Shown here one piece after another: positions 60,101 through 64,000 of a stretch of 64,000 nt of DNA. The notes beneath the pieces are model-generated. The model was not told where the DNA came from. It saw only the letters and a program-made list of their open reading frames with translations, and ran no database searches. The stretch lies in the NCBI GenBank assembly GCA_043228905.1, contig JBHGNT010000018.1:12338001-12402000 (forward strand). The letters run 5' to 3'. Position 1 is the first letter of the stretch. Each line of letters opens with the position of its first letter. The position numbers were made by a program, and so were the translations under genes. This stretch comes from Azolla caroliniana. Lineage: Eukaryota; Plantae; Polypodiophyta.

Positions 60101-61444
60101 TCGAGAAGTTGAAGGAGAAGTACTGGTGGCCAACCATGTACAGAGATGTTCTCCATTTCGTGTCCACATGCGAAACATGCCAAGTACATTCGAACATCAT
60201 CGTGATGAGCTACGACCGACATACCCACTCACCATACACTTGAAATGGATGGTGGATATGGTGTCAATGCCAATGGGAGTGGGACAAATGAAGTACTTAG
60301 TTCTGGCAAGAGAAGAGTTGACAAATCAAGTGGAAGGACGGGCCTTGACAAATAAGACGACGTCCGCTATTTGCAAATTTCTACTCGAAGAGGTTGTCTG
60401 CCGATACGGATGTGTGGGAAAGATAGTCGCCGACCGAGGGGAGCTAGATGCACACAAAGTAACGAAGCTTTTCGAACGACTAGGCGTAAAGCTCTCCCTC
60501 ACGACTGCCTACAATCCAGAAGCGAATGGGAAGATCGAGCGAGGGCATGGACCTGTCATCAAAGCCATCGTACGAGCATGCAATGGTCGAGTCGGGAATT
60601 GGCCACGACTATTGCCCTATGCCTTGTGGGCTGACAAAATGACACACAACTCGGTGACAGGGTATATGCCAACAGAGCTTATGTATGGACAAAAGCCAGT
60701 AATGCCCATCGAAAGGATGATCACCTCATGGGTAGCGATACGATGGGAGAACGAGATGAGCTGAGAAGAGTTATTAGCGGCACGGATAAGGCAACTTGAA
60801 AGAAGACCCGAAGATCTAGAAAAAGCGCAAAAGATGATGGAGGCAGCCCGAGTGAAGAACAAAATTCGGTTCGACAAGACGCATCGACTGCGTCCCAAGA
60901 AGATCGAAGAAGGAGATTGGGTATTGGTCTACGACAACAGCCTTGACAATCAACACCGTACAACAAGAAATTTCGCAAGAAGATGATTCGGACTGTATGT
61001 GGTGACAAGTGCCAACGATAATGCCACAAACCACCTTACAGAGCTAGACAAATTAAGGTTGGTCGTACCCATTGCAGGGAAAAGAGTAAAGATTTTCAAG
61101 AAAAGACAAGACCAGGATCCTAACCTTGATCACCTCGACGATGAAGATAATAGGACAGATGTGAATGAGGACGTGGAAGAATCTGATTGATCACTATAGC
61201 CGAAATCTCGCACTCTCTCTTCTTGGCACCTACCAGAGGACGTGCGGTTTGGTGGGGGTGGATGTTGTGAAGATTTTTGGCAACGGTGTGAAAATCGTGT
61301 GGAACAAACAAAATCAAGAAAGTGTAATGTGCACTCAAAACATTTGTAAATAAAGGGGTGCAAGCAAGGCTTGAACCTTGCACCTCCATGATAACAGACG
61401 AATTAACTTACCACTAAAGCCACTAATAAGTGCTTTAGATTTTG

Positions 61445-61485
<41 letters not shown>

Positions 61486-61878
61486 CATATTCAATATTTT
61501 GTAGGAAGCAAACATATAAAAACCATGGGCACAAAACATGGTTTTAACCCATGGTTTCAGCCCGTGGTTTCAGCCCATGGTTTTTGCATGGAGAGACCTA
61601 TAAAAGCCTATAGTGGGGCTTGTGTAGGGGAAAGCGATGTAAGTAAAAAAAGAAACTTTTAATCAAAGATCTGAGTTATCCTAATGGTGATGTATCTTGT
61701 CTCGTAAAACTAAAGTCAAGGGTTCAATCTCTATCTCAATCTCTCTCTCTCTCTCTCTTCATCCATCTATCTATCTTCAATACTTTCTCGCTTACGCTGC
61801 TAAAAACATTGAATCCTTCCGGTCCAGGACCCCGGTGGTTCCGCTTCATTTCGCGAACACGTGAGGATTTCCTCGACA
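57174..61878 (+). mobile_element. Ty3/gypsy element T2 (tRNA-Trp-primed), two LTRs, internal gag/protease deletion
   Basis: LTRs 57174-57915 and 61263-61878, TSD CCGT (4 bp), PBS TGGTGAACCCGATGTGAAT at 57921-57939, PPT-like GGTGGGGGTGGA at 61251-61262. Gag N-terminus 57970-58375 is joined directly to RT (DLYSGYDQ, LPQGATNSV, FLDG). RNase H and integrase (ADRGEL, YNPEANGKIERGH) follow. Confidence 0.94.
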
Positions 61879-63407
61879 CCGTCGGGGTTTGGTGACTTGG
61901 GGACGGTATGAGATAGATGCGAAGTTGTTGAGAAAAGAAAATTAATTGATTAAAAAACACTTACAATATTTGTTTGGTAAAAGTTTCTTTTGGCAACAGT
62001 TGTACCTAGCTCCTTCCCATTTAGAGAAAATGCTATTGTGATAAACCACTTCAACCTCTTTTATATTTCTTGTTTCTATCTTAATCAAAATAAACTAGTT
62101 TGGGAAAAACCTCAAACCCACAACTCTTGAGAGAGTTTTTGAGATAAAGCACTTTGGCACACCTCTTTTTTTTTTCTTTTTCGTTCCTCTACTTTTTGTG
62201 TGGTATTGTGTAGGTTATACACCTCCTACACAAACCATCTTCTTGAGCAGCCTCCTTGATGACACACCCTTGCGAGATCCTTGACTCGCTTTCTATGCCC
62301 TCCACTACCATGGGATAGGGGCTTTTATGGGGGGGAAACCGGCCTTGCCACCTTCCTTGAGGTGGTTTGCTACCGCCTGATGTAGAAGTGGTTGAATTTT
62401 TTTAATCTGCATTATAAAATTACACCTTTTGACAAATTAGAAAATCATCCTTATTTTATCATGATAACATTCTCAAACCTGGCATAATCCTTCCAGAGTT
62501 TGTATCTTGGGTTTCCTGACTCTGATTCATGAACAATTGTCGTGATTTGGGGTGTGCATAGGAGAATTTAGTTGAACTTGGATTATTTAAAAGGTTGATT
62601 GATAGATCAAAGGTGTCAAGAGAAACACATTTTGTGACTTTATTATTATTATTATTTAGGAAATAAAAAGCATGGTGCATGCTAAAATAAAAAAGCACAT
62701 ACATTTATTTGAGAGGAAAGTCGAGTCCTTATCCTATAAAAAGGGTGAAGAGAACGCAAACAAGGGGCAGAGAAAGAGAGAGTCGTGAAAGCTCTACTAG
62801 ATTGGGAGGTGAGGGTAACGAATCAAGAGGGCATGTAAAATCATCATCAACAAAAGGCAACGTGGTCATTGATCGTTGGGAATTTACTTAAGGTTTTATT
62901 TGCATCTTTTTTGTGAAATTTAGGGTTTTTAGTTCATGTTTAATTTCTGAAAAATTATGATTGAGTAATAAAAAACTCCAAAATCTTGTAAATCCTACCT
63001 TGTACAGGGAATTTCTTTCGTAACCCAACGTTTTAGCTTATAAAAAGGCCCATCTACCATTCATAATCTCAAGTTTTTTAGGTTAATGACGTGTTAAACC
63101 GGGCTTAACTCATTGTTCGAATTGCTACTACCTTTGCCTCTAGGCTACCTTTTACTTTGACCTACATTTGACTTTGTAGAGCCTTTGAGTTTGATGATCT
63201 TTCGACTCTACAAAGTCTTCGAGTCTAACTGTTAGCCGGTTGACTACCCAGAGTCCAAGGGTCGGAATCAGAGTCGACAATGTGAACAGTGGTCGAAAGG
63301 TCGGAGGGACAAAGACAAAAGCAAAATATGAAAAGGACAAGAATGAATATAATGAAAAATATACTTTGCCAAGTATAAAATATAGTAAGATAATTAAAAT
63401 AGTTTTG

Positions 63408-64000
63408 CCCATGACCTTATGTTACATGGGTCGAGCCCTTGCCATTAGACTATATATTATAATATGAAAATATTGTTTTCATTTATTATTTCACTATAAA
63501 AAATTGATGTATATTTCCAGATTTCTCTGGAACATTCAAGAAACTTTAGGAGTACTCATGAAAACACTATAAAAGGAGGCACAAGGCATTATTTTGAACC
63601 AAATCGGTTCAACGCCAGTCTTAAGCCTCATAGTTATTCTTGTACTTACTCTTCATATAATATAATATATCTTTTGTTATTTATCATCATTCTCTCTCTC
63701 TCTCCTCTCTTTCTTTCTCTCTCTCCTTCTCCCGTGAGTTCTACACCCTTTACTCTCTCAGTACTCATTCACATCTTTTAGTACTAATTCCCTCTCTCTC
63801 TTAGTACTATTCCTGACAGTTTGAACCGTTTTTTTGGTCCTCATCCTCTTACCCTTCCTTCCTTTCATACTAATCTTCTTATCCTCCCTAATAAAATGGC
63901 GACTGTTAGCGCTCAGGAATACTAATATGTTTTCTCGGAGCTTCAGTGCTTAAAAGAGAAGTTTGTAGCACTAGAACAAGAAAATCACCGTCTGTTGGGG
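63408..64000 (+). mobile_element. Chromovirus-like element C2: LTR (left-truncated, ends 63818) and gag start at 63896
   Basis: Colinear with C1 at 14523-15720, without the LINE insertion. Confidence 0.88.

Overview
This is eukaryotic land-plant nuclear DNA. The element lineages suggest a non-seed plant such as a fern, but that is inference. Roughly 1-42.3 kb is one deeply nested stack of decayed LTR retrotransposons: two Ty1/copia families, an Athila/Tat-like Ty3/gypsy family with a long extra 3' ORF, a tRNA-Trp-primed gypsy family, a Tcn1/Tf1-like chromovirus, solo LTRs and a LINE. The right part holds AT-rich DNA, a processed RPS20 pseudogene, an RTEX-like LINE, one intact 9-exon Tubby-like (TLP8-type) gene on the minus strand (55248-51623), and a second Trp-primed gypsy element. 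The most striking observation is in the Athila-like element at 18610-28065. It has no polypurine tract; 2 nt from its 3' LTR it instead carries a second, inward-facing tRNA-Arg-like primer site, suggesting that both DNA strands are tRNA-primed. Other notable signals are tRNA-like A/B-box modules in LTRs of unrelated families, a 4-bp CCG(T/C) target site at all three Trp-family insertions, and Tf1-style self-priming. All calls come from reading the sequence by eye. tRNA and family assignments are recalled from memory and were not searched.
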